Shown: piece by piece, positions 62,939-64,000 of the stretch
Layout: each line of letters opens with the position of its first letter
How positions within the stretch are numbered: position 1 is the first letter of the stretch
Assembly (NCBI GenBank): GCA_949127865.1
Contig: CASBQR010000013.1
Coordinates: 1,277 to 65,276, forward strand
Reading direction: 5' to 3'
DNA length: 64,000 nucleotides
Origin: Synechococcales cyanobacterium PMM_0082
GTDB lineage: Bacteria; Cyanobacteriota; Cyanobacteriia; Pseudanabaenales; Pseudanabaenaceae
The notes under the pieces: generated by a model
The model's database searches: none
What the model saw: the letters and a program-made list of their open reading frames with translations, nothing else
Told to the model about the DNA's origin: nothing
Position numbers and translations under genes: made by a program

Positions 62939-64000
62939 ATGACCATTAAAAAAATCATCTCCATTGGCTTCTTGATATTTATCCCCATTTCCTTTGCTGC
63001 GGAATTTCTACACTGGGGAGCGATCGCAGTTTTTGTCACCTGTTGTTTAGCAATTATCCCCTTAGCCAGTTGGTTAAGCACTGCCACCGAAGAAATTGCC
63101 GTAGTTTTAGGACCTTCCTGGGGTGGATTAATGAATGCCACCTTTGGTAATGTAACTGAGTTAATTATCGGCTTAGTGGCACTAAAAGCGGGCTTAGTAG
63201 ATGTGGTTAAAGCTAGTATTACAGGCTCAATTTTGGGGAATTTATTGTTAGTTTTAGGTTTAGCAATGTTTTTAGGGGGATTACGGTACAAAGAGCAAGA
63301 ATTTCAACCCATGCTTGCCCGTACCAATGCTTCGGTTATGAATTTAGCTGTAATTTCCCTTCTGATTCCCACCGCAGTTAACTATACCTCCACAGGAATT
63401 GAAGAAAGCGTCCTGCAACAACTGTCGATCGCCATATCCATTGTTTTAATTTTAGTCTATGGTGCCACTCTACTCTTTTCCATGAAAACTCATTCCTATC
63501 TCTATGATGTGGGAGTAACCGAGATTGAAAGTGAAGGTGGAGATCCAGAGAAGGTAAACTTGGCATTGTGGATTAGCGTATTACTAGGGGCAACAGCTTT
63601 AGTGGCGATCGAATCTGAGTTTTTAGTAGCTAGCTTAGAATCAGCAACTGCCACTTTAGGATTAACAGCTTTGTTTACGGGCGTAATTGTGCTACCGATT
63701 ATTGGCAACGCTGCCGAGCATACGACCGCCGTTACTGTGGCTCTGAAAAATAAGATGGATTTATCGGTTTCAGTATCCGTTGGTTCTAGTATGCAAATCG
63801 CCTTATTTGTAGCACCTGCTCTAGTCTTAGCTGGTTACTTTTTAGGGCAGCCCATGGATTTAAATTTTAATCCCTTTGAACTAGTAGCCGTAGCTGTGGC
63901 TGTATTAATTGTGAATTCTATTAGTTCCGATGGACGTTCTAACTGGCTCGAAGGAACTTTGTTATTAGCAACTTATATTATTTTAGGAATTGCTTTTTAC
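62939..64000 (+). CDS. cax: Ca2+/H+ antiporter (CAX/ChaA family), runs off window
   Basis: Manual translation from ATG 62939: ATEEIA, GGLMNATFGNVTELII, GSILGNLL, GNAAEH, GSSMQIAL, SNWLEG. Confidence 0.93.
   Translation, partial: MTIKKIISIGFLIFIPISFAAEFLHWGAIAVFVTCCLAIIPLASWLSTATEEIAVVLGPSWGGLMNATFGNVTELIIGLVALKAGLVDVVKASITGSILGNLLLVLGLAMFLGGLRYKEQEFQPMLARTNASVMNLAVISLLIPTAVNYTSTGIEESVLQQLSIAISIVLILVYGATLLFSMKTHSYLYDVGVTEIESEGGDPEKVNLALWISVLLGATALVAIESEFLVASLESATATLGLTALFTGVIVLPIIGNAAEHTTAVTVALKNKMDLSVSVSVGSSMQIALFVAPALVLAGYFLGQPMDLNFNPFELVAVAVAVLIVNSISSDGRSNWLEGTLLLATYIILGIAFY

Noticed and set aside
62839-63708. Minus-strand ORFs of 150, 62 and 68 aa
   Set aside because: Antisense to the Ca2+/H+ exchanger on the plus strand, which the ORF track missed because it is truncated by the window.

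Overview
Chromosomal window from a low-GC cyanobacterium. The HIP1 octamer GCGATCGC is abundant and psbU, a labA-like gene, ycf52 and pentapeptide-repeat genes are present. Gene style suggests the Pseudanabaena/Synechococcus PCC 7502-like lineage, which is inference only. Most of the window is housekeeping: recN (partial), a COG0523 GTPase, PMM/PGM, thiS, ribBA, dnaG, the rplC-to-secY-adk-infA ribosomal operon (which stops at infA here), pdxA, hemB, ubiX, gpsA, queE/queC, psbU, metG, rsmE, yvcK and a Ca2+/H+ exchanger (partial). There are three accessory patches. (1) About 1.8-7.4 kb is a toxin-antitoxin/defence patch: AbrB-VapC, a CHAT remnant, an orphan protein with a HEPN-like Rx4H motif, DUF433 followed by a chimeric DUF5615::VapC double-PIN toxin, a ParE-like remnant, and a coupled ABC-ATPase + DUF3226 TOPRIM-like pair. 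HIP1 doublets sit at the module boundaries. (2) About 35.4-38.5 kb holds a HIP1-free, overlapping ParA-family ATPase + HEPN RNase pair abutting decayed FkbM genes, then a 188-bp non-autonomous IS200/IS605-type element. (3) About 61.3-61.8 kb holds an Rpn remnant that keeps its RpnS-like C-terminal ORF with a strong RBS, plus a PIN remnant. A 136-bp MITE with 16-bp TIRs and a 7-bp target-site duplication lies at 19.5 kb. The best candidates for uncharacterised systems are ParA+HEPN and ATPase+DUF3226. No rRNA, tRNA or CRISPR array was seen. All family calls are from motif recognition by eye; no searches were run.
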